Shown here: positions 32,075-41,890 of the stretch, piece by piece
Position numbering within the stretch: position 1 is the stretch's first letter
Layout of the letters: each line of letters begins with the position of its first letter
DNA from: a virus
DNA length: 51,533 nucleotides
IMG/VR virus record: IMGVR_UViG_3300045988_053936
Reading direction: 5' to 3' (one strand)
The notes under the pieces: model-generated
Told to the model about the DNA's origin: nothing
Seen by the model: only the letters and a program-made list of their open reading frames with translations
Databases searched by the model: none
Program-made: the position numbers and the translations under genes

Positions 32075-32107
32075 GGAGCCGGGTCAATCCCCGGCTCCCT
32101 TATTTTT
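32075..32107 (+). terminator. Terminator of the NYN moron
   Basis: A 9-bp stem GGAGCCGGG/CCCGGCTCC is followed by TTATTTTT. It overlaps the 3' end of the convergent gene. Confidence 0.7.
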
Positions 32108-32344
32108 GTAAAGCTGTTTTGCTACATCCTTAACCCTCTGGAATATATACTTTTCGTGATCGCTAACTGTGCTACGATACCAGCCCAATTCTGCCGCTAC
32201 ATCAATTTGATTCCACTTATCGATGATACGCCGCCTTGCGATCAGTTCATCGTCTGTATAGAGTGCTGCCTCTTCAATAGCTCTTTCCAGCTGAGAGCGC
32301 AAGAGTTTATCCAGCGGATCAGGCAGTTTCACTCTTGCGCTCAC
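32084..32344 (-). CDS. Small sigma-70 region-4-like HTH protein
   Basis: DDELIARRRIIDKWNQIDVAAELGWYRSTVSDHEKYIFQRV resembles a region-4 HTH. Confidence 0.4.
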   Translation of the reverse strand: MSARVKLPDPLDKLLRSQLERAIEEAALYTDDELIARRRIIDKWNQIDVAAELGWYRSTVSDHEKYIFQRVKDVAKQLYKNKGAGD

Positions 32345-32362
32345 AGTCTCACGTCCTTCCTC

Positions 32363-33052
32363 TTATTTCATCAGCTCCCAAAGCCGATGCAACATAGTGC
32401 ACATCTGCTGCCGGATAACGGGCTGGGAGAGCATCAGGTCTCCCTCGCTGTTGCCCGTCAGGATGCCGTTCTTTACGGCCCATTCCACGCCCTCCTTGTG
32501 GGCGCCGCTGGGTGTATTGTCCATGATCTTGACCTCCAGTCTCTTCTTGAACTCTGCCCACTTCTGGGCGTTCACCAAGTACGACGGGCAGTGCTTCCCA
32601 GTCACGTCAAAGTGACGGTACACGTTCTCAATGGGGATGTGATACTTCTCCATCAGCTCCCGGCCCAGAGCGGCAGCGTTGGCAAGGGTTGCCTCGCTGG
32701 CCTGATAGACACCGTTCCGGATGGTGTCACACATCTCAATGCTGATAGAGTTGGTATTGGTGATGACGCCGTACATGGTGCCGCCGCCAGTCTTGTCGGC
32801 GTTGGCGTACTTGCTGCCGCCGACGGACCACGCAATCTTCAGATCGGGGACGGACAGATATACGGTGGTATCGTCCACAAAGTAATGGGCACTGGCCTTG
32901 ACGATGTTCCGCTGGAAGTACGCGGCGTTGTTTGCCGCCTTGTCCCCGTCATTCCCGGTGTAGTGGTACACCAGATATCGGATTTGGCTGGCGTTCCGGG
33001 AACCGCCATAGTTCCCGGGGTTCGCCAGCTGCTCCTTTCGCGTGTAACTCAC
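32363..33052 (-). CDS. N-acetylmuramoyl-L-alanine amidase endolysin (Amidase_2) with SLH-like C-terminal motif
   Basis: Contains YLVYHYTGNDG...ASAHYFVDD...HFDVTGKHCP. The C-terminus is GVEWAVKNGILTGNSEGDLMLSQPV. Confidence 0.8.
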   Translation of the reverse strand: MSYTRKEQLANPGNYGGSRNASQIRYLVYHYTGNDGDKAANNAAYFQRNIVKASAHYFVDDTTVYLSVPDLKIAWSVGGSKYANADKTGGGTMYGVITNTNSISIEMCDTIRNGVYQASEATLANAAALGRELMEKYHIPIENVYRHFDVTGKHCPSYLVNAQKWAEFKKRLEVKIMDNTPSGAHKEGVEWAVKNGILTGNSEGDLMLSQPVIRQQMCTMLHRLWELMK

Positions 33053-33255
33053 TGGCTATCACCGCCGCTTTGCTGGGCGCGCTTTTCCGCCTGTGTCCCA
33101 AAATAGAACGCGATCACCACGGTGAACACCGTCAAGAACTGCTCTGCCGTCACGCCGCCAGTGCAGGTCAGGTAGGCAAACACCGCCGTCAGGGTGATGG
33201 TGACAATGCTCTTGACTGCCAGCAGATTGCCCAGGCGCTTCTTCAGTGTCTCCAT
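33049..33255 (-). CDS. Holin (68 aa, two TM segments)
   Basis: ATG 33255 (METLKK) follows GAGGAGGG. It has two hydrophobic helices and a charged C-terminus, and overlaps the endolysin start. Confidence 0.7.
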   Translation of the reverse strand: METLKKRLGNLLAVKSIVTITLTAVFAYLTCTGGVTAEQFLTVFTVVIAFYFGTQAEKRAQQSGGDSQ

Positions 33256-33256
33256 A

Positions 33257-33580
33257 TCAGCCCTCCTCATAAAGGATGGTGAGTCCGTATGCGGTGGCCG
33301 CCTCATGCTCGATCCTGCACCCACGGGCCTTTTCCCAGCCCTTGCAGAAGTAGGCTGCATGGCAGAGGCTCATGTTTTCCAGAGACTTTGCGAGAAAGCA
33401 CAGGGGAATCTGGACGACCCCGCGCTCCTCCATCTTCTCTTTGCTATACCACTCGTCTGTAAATAGGGTGTTCACAATCTCGTATCCCTTTTCTTTCAGG
33501 GCAGAGATCGCTTTCTCTCTGGTTGCGATGATTTCTTCATCGGTTTTTCCAGCCATCGGCTGGGACAGCATAGCTTTCAT
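33257..33580 (-). CDS. DUF4406 / nucleoside 2-deoxyribosyltransferase-like protein
   Basis: LSQPMAGKTDEEI...KGYEIVN...YFCKGWEKARGCRIEHEAA matches my memory of this family. Confidence 0.45.
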   Translation of the reverse strand: MKAMLSQPMAGKTDEEIIATREKAISALKEKGYEIVNTLFTDEWYSKEKMEERGVVQIPLCFLAKSLENMSLCHAAYFCKGWEKARGCRIEHEAATAYGLTILYEEG

Positions 33581-33583
33581 GTC

Positions 33584-33919
33584 TTACACCTCCGGCTCCA
33601 CCAGGGTGTCGCCCTTCAGCTCGTACTTGTGGCCGGCGATGTACACCAGAGCATATTCCTCGCCCATGTTCACATCCACGGTCTTGCCGCCTACCACATA
33701 CACCTTCTCCATGCAGCCCACGCCGTGGTCCATCAGGCCGTAGCCGTTGACGGTGTCGGGGGTATCCCCTGCCGTGGTCGCCACAAACTCTTCCTGAGTG
33801 ATGACGTTGCGGTTGGGGTCCAGGGTAAAGCCCGCACCTGCCTTTTTCAGAGCCTCGTTCGCCTCGGACAGAGCCATTTCGCCAGTGGTGTACTTGTTCA
33901 GAATTTCGTTGGTAGTCAT
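33584..33919 (-). CDS. Hypothetical protein (111 aa)
   Basis: ORF between the XhlA-like and DUF4406-like genes. Confidence 0.55.
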   Translation of the reverse strand: MTTNEILNKYTTGEMALSEANEALKKAGAGFTLDPNRNVITQEEFVATTAGDTPDTVNGYGLMDHGVGCMEKVYVVGGKTVDVNMGEEYALVYIAGHKYELKGDTLVEPEV

Positions 33920-33937
33920 AAGTAAGCTCCTTTCAAA

Positions 33938-34264
33938 TTACAGCCCAATGCGGGCCAAAATAAACGCAATCACAGCCGCCAGAACCGCCCATACGGACTT
34001 GTCCACGATGGCTTCCCACCGCTTTTTCGGCTTGGCCTGCTCGGCCTCCTGCCATGCGATCAGCCGGTCCAGCTTCTCCATGATATTGTCGTACTGCTCA
34101 TTCCGGGCGGCCTCCGCCTTTTCCAGTTCCCGCATCCGGTCAAAGAGTTCTTTGTGTGTGCTGCGGGATGCCTCCCGCCATTCCGACATCTGCTTTTCCA
34201 GCATGTTGGCTTTCTGGAGGCCCAGGCAATCCCTCTGCGGGTCCAGAATACACTTCTCGTCCAT
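33938..34264 (-). CDS. XhlA-like coiled-coil protein with C-terminal TM
   Basis: Coiled-coil core plus C-terminal VWAVLAAVIAFILARIGL. Confidence 0.5.
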   Translation of the reverse strand: MDEKCILDPQRDCLGLQKANMLEKQMSEWREASRSTHKELFDRMRELEKAEAARNEQYDNIMEKLDRLIAWQEAEQAKPKKRWEAIVDKSVWAVLAAVIAFILARIGL

Positions 34265-34277
34265 TGTTGGGGCCTCC

Positions 34278-34433
34278 TTACTCTGCCACCTCCGCAGTCA
34301 GCATCTTACTGAGGGCGCTGTATTCCTCTGGGGTCAGCCTGTCGGCCGCGAGATACACGTCCATCTTCTCCTGAAGGCCCTCGGTCCGCCCCCGGTCAAT
34401 CAGCAGCTTGCAAAGATTGTATACAGTTGTCAT
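34278..34433 (-). CDS. XkdX-like small protein (51 aa)
   Basis: AAGGAG lies 7 nt before the ATG. Translation MTTVYNLCKLLIDRGRTEGLQEKMDVYLAADRLTPEEYSALSKMLTAEVAE. Below the track cutoff. Confidence 0.5.
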   Translation of the reverse strand: MTTVYNLCKLLIDRGRTEGLQEKMDVYLAADRLTPEEYSALSKMLTAEVAE

Positions 34434-34451
34434 GGTCCTGCTCCTTCCTTG

Positions 34452-34721
34452 TCATACAGTAGTTGTGGTGAGTTCCAGCATACACAGGCGTTCCTCATGG
34501 TCTGCCAGCATATCAAGAGTAATGTCCTCGGCTCCAGGTTCCGGCTCCGGCTGTCCATCGTCCTCCACGGTAATCTGCCCTTGATATGCCTCCGCCTGGG
34601 CGATAGCGTAATTCGCTTCCGTGTAGGGCATCGTAACACCGGAGAGCACCGTCTCGATGTCCGGTTCCTCGGGGGTGCCGTGGTTGACTTCTGTCGCCAG
34701 CTGGTATTTGATGATCTTCAT
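34452..34721 (-). CDS. Hypothetical tail-fibre-associated protein (89 aa)
   Basis: ATGA overlap with the fibre gene. Confidence 0.5.
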   Translation of the reverse strand: MKIIKYQLATEVNHGTPEEPDIETVLSGVTMPYTEANYAIAQAEAYQGQITVEDDGQPEPEPGAEDITLDMLADHEERLCMLELTTTTV

Positions 34722-35605
34722 GTGCCCTCCTTCCAGTATTTCAAGAATAAGGTGAAGTTTAATCCGACTGTACGGCCAGACCCGACCGAAATTGTGAACT
34801 TCCCATTCCCGTTTTGTGTAAGCAGGCCAAGATAGTTTGATGCGTCGAAAACAGATTCTCCAAAAAGCCCCGGAATTTGCGTTCCGTTATCCAATACGCC
34901 ATAGCAATCCAGCATCTTTACCTGGCCGCTGGTATCCGGGATTTGGACGTCAATCTTCTTTGACGAGCTGTTCGGGAACCCCCCGCCGTTCACGGCCATC
35001 ACAAACACAGGTTTGTTGCTGTACCGCTCAGTGGTGCGGTACTCGACGCCCAACTGCATGGGGGGATTGACCCACTCCCAAGGACTCCATACCCCGTTTG
35101 TGCAAACGCGCCGAAGTTCGAACGCCAGATCGGTTACATTAAAGGACACCTGGACTGTTTGGGGATTACTGTTCCGAGTAAGCACTAACATCACGTTGCT
35201 ATATTCTGCGCTTTCTGGTCCATTGAGCGTAGACGCATCAAGATAATACCAGCCGGATTCTAACGCATTATTGGCATCGTCAATGTGGCGCGGATTTGAC
35301 GTTCCCAGTCCATATCCGCCGGGCGCCTTATTGGACAAAGCCGCCGCAACGGTCTCCGCCTCCGGCTCCCCACTCACCGGGATCTGTGTGGCGTTGTAGT
35401 CCCCGGCCTGGGGCACCACCACGCCACGCCGGCCGTTGAAGGAGGTCACGCCACCAGCCAATCCTTCAGACACTTTTTTGACAGCCGCATCAATTTCTTC
35501 TCCACTGTAAGCACTGGTGTAATACTCGGTAGGCGGGGCCGTGATTGCTGCCATCTGTTGTTCGAGTTCAGCAACTTTTGCAGTAAGTTCTTCAATTGTT
35601 GCCAT
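34718..35605 (-). CDS. Tail fibre / receptor-binding protein
   Basis: ATG 35605 lies 5 nt after GAGGAGG. It has an N-terminal coiled coil, and its position after the tail-tip protein supports the call. Confidence 0.5.
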   Translation of the reverse strand: MATIEELTAKVAELEQQMAAITAPPTEYYTSAYSGEEIDAAVKKVSEGLAGGVTSFNGRRGVVVPQAGDYNATQIPVSGEPEAETVAAALSNKAPGGYGLGTSNPRHIDDANNALESGWYYLDASTLNGPESAEYSNVMLVLTRNSNPQTVQVSFNVTDLAFELRRVCTNGVWSPWEWVNPPMQLGVEYRTTERYSNKPVFVMAVNGGGFPNSSSKKIDVQIPDTSGQVKMLDCYGVLDNGTQIPGLFGESVFDASNYLGLLTQNGNGKFTISVGSGRTVGLNFTLFLKYWKEGT

Positions 35606-35615
35606 TTGTACCTCC

Positions 35616-37850
35616 TCAAGTGATAAATCTTCGGCCATACTTGTCCAAAAACCACTTCGTATCCGAAGTCACCAGCGGCCCGCGTTCCTGTGGAACGCGT
35701 CGGCTGATGTACAGGATGATACAGCCATCTCCGCCAGGGCCCCCAGGACCGCCATTACCGCCTATTCCCCCGGTTCCAGCGGTGATTGATACCGTGTAAT
35801 CCGAGGAATCCGTGGAGCCGACGGCAAGCCCTCCTGAGCTGGCACCGCCGCCGCCATAACCGCCGCGGCCGCCTTTTCCATATTGGGTAGGCTTTTTTGG
35901 CGTCAGGGTTGGTGTCGCGCCATTTACACCAGATGCAGCAGTAGCCTTAATTGATGACGAGCGTACAGACACTGATGCATCGGGCCCGGGGCCGTTACCA
36001 TTTTTACCAGCAGCTGCACCTGCACCTAAACCTCGACTATACCAAATGTAAGCGCCGTCATTCTCTCGTGCCTTCATAGCGACACGTTCTGGATCATCTG
36101 TATCGGATTCTGTCAAGCCTCCGTTCCAAGTGTTGCCGTCCTCGTCGGTAACGTTTTCAGCGGGGTCAAAGAGCTGAACAGTATCACTGTTGATGGTTGT
36201 GACTTTGGCCGCCTTCCCCGCGCCCTTGCCTCCGGGGATTCCCTGGTCACCGATTCCTCCGTATTTTTCCCCGGTGATGGGATCTGTGTATCCATCCTCC
36301 GAGGCTTGTGCTCCAGCTGTGGTTGCAGCGCCGAGTTCTGTGTCGCTGCCGGCAGAGCCATCCGGATCATCCGGGTCATAGGCAGCACCCAGGCCACCTA
36401 CGCCGCAGCTGTATACAATAGAGTCTATCCCGGAGATATCCAGGGTTCCTTCAAGGATTCTGGCCCCCGCGCCCGGAGCACCGCCGTTTCCGCCTGCACC
36501 GCCGTTCGCAAGTCCGCAGCCGCGTAACTGGTTCTCAAATGGTGGAGGATTGGTCCAGGATACAGACGGTGACGTGCCAACATCCCCACCTTTTTGCCCG
36601 CAATGTCCTCCCTGGGCCCCGCTAATCAAAACATAGCGGATCAAAGTAGTCCCAGCCGGGATTTGGTAAGTTCCCGACCCGGTGAGCACGATGCGTTCAT
36701 CAAATGTTTTGAAATCATTAACTTGCGACGGAATAAATCCAATTCGCATTTCGGCATTCGCTTTCAGCGTTGAGGACATGTTTACATCCATTGACTCAAT
36801 ACAAGCAGAAACGATTTCGTGATCGTATGGGTCCATGACCTTTACAACTTGTCCGGGCTTTTCCTTTTCGGTCAGAAACGAAGCTTGAAGTGTTTTATTA
36901 CATGCATAGAAGCTCGCTAACCGTTCAGCAACTGCAACTGAATTCACCAAAGAAACAAGGGTTGCATTTTCTTTGCCTTTTTCATTTTCAGGTACATTTT
37001 CATTGATTACCTTTGCAATTTTTCGCTTGTTGTGGATATATTTCAGCCCCGTAAGCGTCCCTGTACCGGCAGAGATTTTTGCGTAGTTTGCTCCGCTTTC
37101 CAAAACGGAAAATCCGGAAGCAGACAGGGTATGCATCGGCTCATTGAAAATGATTAGATCGCCGTTCTGAGCTGTGCCATTAAACAACTCCTGGCTTTCT
37201 TGTCCTTCCGCAAACTGATGTTCAATAACAGAGATCGCGCTAATTTTTTGATTATCTGTAACTGAGCCAGCCATGTCCGTCTTTTTCGTATCTATTGTCG
37301 ATATGGTTCCATCCCAAAACGTCTCCACTCGCAAAACACCATTCAAATCGGTAGTAAGACAAGCGCCAATAGCAAACAGGACTTGATTGAGATTGTCTCG
37401 TGCGGAGCTGTTCGGTGGGCTACAATAGGGGAGCCATCCATACACCTTAACATTCTTTAGATTGCTTTTTACAATAACGGGGATTTCACCGCAAATATTC
37501 TTTATGATTGATTCTGCGGTCTGTCCGGTGTAAATTCCGCCGGGATGGAGCATAGTGTCTAGCTTGGATACCGCTGATATCGCATACAGATGATAGGAAC
37601 TAGGCCCAGTTCGTTTGATACTATCTACATAGAGGGTTTGTCTTTGCTGATCTCCATGGTAGTAAACCACCTTTTCCCCAATGGTAGCCAAGATTGTGGA
37701 ACTATCCAGTTGACTATTAAAGTCACAATCAAGCGTGTCCATTTCCAGGACATCGTTTAAAAGAGAAGTAGTTAAATTGACGTTTCCGGACGTCAGATTA
37801 TAAATCCCCGTTATTTCTATATCACCAACGAGAATTCGATTAACTGCCAT
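35616..37850 (-). CDS. Tail-tip / baseplate protein (Tal-like) with Gly-rich C-terminal half
   Basis: 744 aa, following the Dit-like gene. Contains GGAGGNGGAPGAG and GGIGGNGGPGGPGGDG tracts. Confidence 0.55.
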   Translation of the reverse strand: MAVNRILVGDIEITGIYNLTSGNVNLTTSLLNDVLEMDTLDCDFNSQLDSSTILATIGEKVVYYHGDQQRQTLYVDSIKRTGPSSYHLYAISAVSKLDTMLHPGGIYTGQTAESIIKNICGEIPVIVKSNLKNVKVYGWLPYCSPPNSSARDNLNQVLFAIGACLTTDLNGVLRVETFWDGTISTIDTKKTDMAGSVTDNQKISAISVIEHQFAEGQESQELFNGTAQNGDLIIFNEPMHTLSASGFSVLESGANYAKISAGTGTLTGLKYIHNKRKIAKVINENVPENEKGKENATLVSLVNSVAVAERLASFYACNKTLQASFLTEKEKPGQVVKVMDPYDHEIVSACIESMDVNMSSTLKANAEMRIGFIPSQVNDFKTFDERIVLTGSGTYQIPAGTTLIRYVLISGAQGGHCGQKGGDVGTSPSVSWTNPPPFENQLRGCGLANGGAGGNGGAPGAGARILEGTLDISGIDSIVYSCGVGGLGAAYDPDDPDGSAGSDTELGAATTAGAQASEDGYTDPITGEKYGGIGDQGIPGGKGAGKAAKVTTINSDTVQLFDPAENVTDEDGNTWNGGLTESDTDDPERVAMKARENDGAYIWYSRGLGAGAAAGKNGNGPGPDASVSVRSSSIKATAASGVNGATPTLTPKKPTQYGKGGRGGYGGGGASSGGLAVGSTDSSDYTVSITAGTGGIGGNGGPGGPGGDGCIILYISRRVPQERGPLVTSDTKWFLDKYGRRFIT

Positions 37851-37854
37851 TTCT

Positions 37855-38223
37855 TTACCTTTCAATCAGAGGGAATGTGATTCCACCCCATAACTCTTTC
37901 CCATTTCTGGTCTTGATTAGGAATTGGGCGGGGATGTTGTTTGAATACATTTGCTTTGTTACATCTCCGCCCTCCATAGGGTCTGTATATGTAACTGTGA
38001 CATACTCGGGCAGAATAGAGGAGAGAACGAGGCTTGCTTCTTCTAGCGTCAATGGGCGGCAAGTAATATCCAATCGATATTTTATGGCTATCCGATCTCT
38101 CGTAAGAAACGCATCATCGATTGAGCGTGTGGCATTTGGGCCGTCTACATCAGCCCTTTGCCACTGTACGCCGCCGAACGCAATATAAGGCGTCAAATCC
38201 GTTCCGTTTACAGTCAATGTCAC
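37855..38223 (-). CDS. Distal tail protein-like (122 aa)
   Basis: Its position immediately after the tape measure supports the call. Translation begins MTLTVNGTDLTPYI. Confidence 0.45.
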   Translation of the reverse strand: MTLTVNGTDLTPYIAFGGVQWQRADVDGPNATRSIDDAFLTRDRIAIKYRLDITCRPLTLEEASLVLSSILPEYVTVTYTDPMEGGDVTKQMYSNNIPAQFLIKTRNGKELWGGITFPLIER

Positions 38224-38238
38224 GTTTTATCCTGCCTT

Positions 38239-41200
38239 TCATGTAATGGGAGAGCCCTTTTCTCGCTGCGTCTGTTGGTTGTATTTGTACAGGCTCCTCG
38301 ACACCTGACGGCCATCCAGAGAAACTGTTGTATCTTTATCGTTGACTGCCTTAGTAATCATTGCACCGATTGCCATGACCGCATTGATGACTCCGGTATT
38401 AGCAGAAGCGATACCGTCAACGATTTGGTCATTGTTCGCCACCGCTGCTCGGTTGCCCATTTGACCAACTAGCTCAGGCCCATCCTCACGGGCAATGAAC
38501 ATTTGCCCATGCTCGGGGAAGCCGCCGGACGCGTATGCAGTGATATCCTGAACAGAATAGCTGTTGGCCGAACGGGAAGAAGAATTTTCCGAACTATACG
38601 ATGCGCCATTCCCGAGATTTTTGATGGCATCTTGCAGCAGGCCAGAACTGGTGAATCCCTTATACATGTTATCTGCCATTTGCTTTCCTAGATTTTCAAA
38701 CTGGCTCATATCAATAGATTGGCTAAAATGATTGATTTCCGTTTTCAAATCTTCCATTCCATCAATACCGGCGTCTCCAACTCCAGATTCTTCTTGCTTT
38801 AACCCAATAATAGAATCTGTAAGACCTTGAGTTTCACTTTGAAGATCACTGTATAGCTGAACCGATTGCATGTATGTTTCCTGTGCGGCTTTTGCCGCTT
38901 CGGTTTCTTTCTCTCTTGCAGCGACAAGTTCTCTGGCTTTCCCCCAACTGAAAATGTCTGTTTCGTTGAGTTCTTTTTGTGTGTTATTTAATGCTTCTGC
39001 GGCCGCATCATAATCCTTTGCCGCCTGTTGCATATCACGCATTGCCTGATATTGCTCTTTATAACTCTCAACAAGCATTTCTCGCAGGGCTTCCATTTTG
39101 GCCTCTCGCTCCAAAGAATCAATCAGCTCGTCAACGGCGGCTTTACTTTCTTTAACTCGTTGTGTTGTTTCATCAATTTCCAAATGTAGCCCATCAATGT
39201 TCAAATCGTTCAGAACTTGAACTTTTACCGCCATTTGATCTAATTCATAAGCAGATGCATTTGCATTATCGTTAATGGCATAAATTTCATCTGCAAGCTG
39301 TCTGGCAACTTGGAAATCAGCAATAGACGAATCAAAATCTTCTAAACGATTTTTCATATTGGTAAACGCTTGGTCTGTGCGTTCAGACGCTTCTGTGCAA
39401 CGGTCAAGAATGTCCGCCATGATTGCAAAATCTTCTGACGCCGCATACGCCGCATTTGCTGCCGTTTCTACACCAACAATTTCGAGAACAATGCCAACAC
39501 CAAGTCCGATAACGGCACCAGCAGCAGTACCAATAACAGGAACAACGGAGCCGATTCCCGCACCAGTTAATACAGACCCGAGTATTGTCATCAGTCCACC
39601 AGAAAGAGTTGCAGCGCCCTCTTTAATTTGTGCAGTAATTCCCATAATCACAAGAGATAATCCAACCCCGATTACTAGACCGAAAGCGGCTCCAGCTCCT
39701 CCAGCAATGACTGCGCCGATGCCAAATCCAGCCAAAGCTCCGCCAATGAGGCCCATGATCCCATTTCCAATATTAAGCCCATCTTGAAGAATCGACGTGA
39801 TAGACGAAATCAAGAGAGACACGCCAATTCCTGCAATTATGCCACCAAGAACCCCTTGCGCAGGATTTAGATTTTTTCTGAATGCAAAGTATCCGCCAAG
39901 CGCTCCTCCAGCCAATGCACCGCCAATAGCACCTAAAAGGACATTCCCAAAGTTCAGTCCGTCTTTGATTTGAGAGGCAATGGACATGACCATCAAGGAA
40001 AGTCCAAGACCGACAACAGCTCCAAGCAGCATTCCGCCAGCCCAAGTGAGGCCAAGTTTCTTAGCCAAAAGCAGGCCAAGTCCAGCCCCAGCAAGTGCTC
40101 CTCCAGCTGCGCCTTTTAGGATGTTTTCCCATGTTAGCCCATCCCCAAAAAGAATGTCTTTTACACTGTCAATTAGCAAAGAAATACCTACCGTGAACAT
40201 CAACCCGCCTAGCAAAGCCTTGAGGCGGCCGATATCTGTAAACAACGTCCTTGCAATTCTCCACGCAAGCAGTGCAGAACCGATGGGAATGATATAGTTG
40301 TCAAGCAAGTCTTTCAAAACAGGTTTGATTTCGTCCACTTGCTTTTTTAACGCATCAAGGGCGGTTTTGTCCCAAATATCCGGTATTTCAAGATCGTCGG
40401 TCCATTTTCCGACTTCTCCAGTATCCAATTTGATTTCGTTGGATGCACCAATGATATTTAGTTCATCGATTCCTAAAAGCTGCTGCTTTAGCTTTTTTAA
40501 TTCGTCAGTTGTATCGCCAACGGAATCGGCAGCGGAGTCAGCATTTTCTTTGATATCTTCTCCCCAATCATTGGTTTCCCATTCCGGCATTTCAAATCCG
40601 ACCAGAACAGCAAACCGCTGAATTGCCTCCGTCAATATCTCAACAAATGCTTGAACCCATGGGATTACCTGAATGAGGATAGGAACAAACACCGTGCCAA
40701 TCGCTCGACCAAGCTGAGTAATTTGCTGGCGCAGCACTCTCATAGCATTTGCGGGGGATTCCAAGGTTTTTGCAAAATCTCCAATAGCCCCGATCCGGGA
40801 GGCCCCCTCCATCAGAACCAGACTCCGCAGTAATGCCTTTTCCTGTTCTGTCATAGACATAACGCTTTCATCAATGCCATGAGCAAGCGCATATTCCTGT
40901 AAGGTGGCCTGACTAATCGAAATACCTAAGCGACGGATAGGCTCAATTTCGCCAGCAAGGGCAGACTGCAAACGTAAGACCGACTGTTCTGTGTCCTCGT
41001 TATACAGAGAACTCAGGTCATAGGCCAGTTCTGTCAAGCCCTCGCTTAGGTCATAAGCTTGTTGCCGTGCTAACCCAAAACCGTTTGCCATAGACATGAA
41101 CACGCCTTGCGCACGCATCCACTCTTCGGGGTCGATGCCAAGTCGGTCATTGACCAGCATGGCATAGTTATAGGCTTCGTCATAAAACTCACCCATGGAG

Positions 41201-41841
41201 ACCTGAAACAAATTGACTGTCTCAACGTAGTCATTAGCCGACTTTATCCAGCCGGAAATAACATCGGCAAGTCGCTTAAATGCTAAATAATAGATACTAA
41301 ATTTAGCTGCCGCAGAACTGATACCAGTTCCAAGAACGCCAAAACTTCTTGCCGCTCTGCTATTTGATGCCGTCAGACTTGCGTTGCTCTGAATAAGCCT
41401 CTGAATTCTGATCGGAAATGCTGAAAATCCATTGGATACCTTCTGCATTTCTGTCGCTAGCGGCCGCACAGCAGCGGCCACCTGCTCCATCTGCTTTGCG
41501 AATTTACCAAGGTCTGTCTTTTCGAGCGACGCACTAATCTCAGGAAGTTTTTTTAGTGCGTTGATCGCGGAGGAAAGGCCGCTTGCTTTTTGGATACCAG
41601 CCAAGCTATTCATTGCAGCCGTGAACTCTTTTATTTTTCCACTATTCAGATTTGCGCCATTGATTAGCTTTGCTGCTTCCGAAAGTGCCTTTAACTGCTT
41701 TGTGGTGGTTGTAAGCCCCGCCCCTCCTTTAGCCGCAGTTTTTAACCCGGTCAATGCAGTAGTAAGCGCCTCAATCTTCTTTGCTGCATCACTGGACGTC
41801 GCCTCGATTTCAATTTGCAGGCTATCAATATCTACGGCCAT
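38239..41841 (-). CDS. Tape measure protein
   Basis: 1200 aa with a helical N-terminus and multiple Gly/Ala-rich TM-like repeats, positioned after the G/GT chaperones. Confidence 0.9.
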   Translation of the reverse strand: MAVDIDSLQIEIEATSSDAAKKIEALTTALTGLKTAAKGGAGLTTTTKQLKALSEAAKLINGANLNSGKIKEFTAAMNSLAGIQKASGLSSAINALKKLPEISASLEKTDLGKFAKQMEQVAAAVRPLATEMQKVSNGFSAFPIRIQRLIQSNASLTASNSRAARSFGVLGTGISSAAAKFSIYYLAFKRLADVISGWIKSANDYVETVNLFQVSMGEFYDEAYNYAMLVNDRLGIDPEEWMRAQGVFMSMANGFGLARQQAYDLSEGLTELAYDLSSLYNEDTEQSVLRLQSALAGEIEPIRRLGISISQATLQEYALAHGIDESVMSMTEQEKALLRSLVLMEGASRIGAIGDFAKTLESPANAMRVLRQQITQLGRAIGTVFVPILIQVIPWVQAFVEILTEAIQRFAVLVGFEMPEWETNDWGEDIKENADSAADSVGDTTDELKKLKQQLLGIDELNIIGASNEIKLDTGEVGKWTDDLEIPDIWDKTALDALKKQVDEIKPVLKDLLDNYIIPIGSALLAWRIARTLFTDIGRLKALLGGLMFTVGISLLIDSVKDILFGDGLTWENILKGAAGGALAGAGLGLLLAKKLGLTWAGGMLLGAVVGLGLSLMVMSIASQIKDGLNFGNVLLGAIGGALAGGALGGYFAFRKNLNPAQGVLGGIIAGIGVSLLISSITSILQDGLNIGNGIMGLIGGALAGFGIGAVIAGGAGAAFGLVIGVGLSLVIMGITAQIKEGAATLSGGLMTILGSVLTGAGIGSVVPVIGTAAGAVIGLGVGIVLEIVGVETAANAAYAASEDFAIMADILDRCTEASERTDQAFTNMKNRLEDFDSSIADFQVARQLADEIYAINDNANASAYELDQMAVKVQVLNDLNIDGLHLEIDETTQRVKESKAAVDELIDSLEREAKMEALREMLVESYKEQYQAMRDMQQAAKDYDAAAEALNNTQKELNETDIFSWGKARELVAAREKETEAAKAAQETYMQSVQLYSDLQSETQGLTDSIIGLKQEESGVGDAGIDGMEDLKTEINHFSQSIDMSQFENLGKQMADNMYKGFTSSGLLQDAIKNLGNGASYSSENSSSRSANSYSVQDITAYASGGFPEHGQMFIAREDGPELVGQMGNRAAVANNDQIVDGIASANTGVINAVMAIGAMITKAVNDKDTTVSLDGRQVSRSLYKYNQQTQREKGSPIT

Positions 41842-41863
41842 ATTGCCACCACCTTTCTATATT

Positions 41864-41890
41864 GGCACTTGGCAATAAAGCACTTGGCAC
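41864..41890 (-). repeat. GTGCCAAGTGC (41890-41880) plus TGCCAAGTGCC (41874-41864) motif pair upstream of the tape measure
   Basis: Same orientation as the motif copies at 152-198 and 2741-2783. Confidence 0.7.

Noticed and set aside
32156-33106. 316-aa plus-strand ORF antisense to the endolysin
   Set aside because: It is antisense to a gene with clear amidase motifs and has no RBS.
33798-34835. 345-aa plus-strand ORF across the XhlA/XkdX/fibre region
   Set aside because: It is antisense to several coupled minus-strand genes and its composition is Ser/Arg/Leu-rich.
35616-37850. Diversity-generating retroelement targeting the tail-tip or fibre genes
   Set aside because: No reverse transcriptase gene and no template/variable repeat pair were found anywhere in the window.
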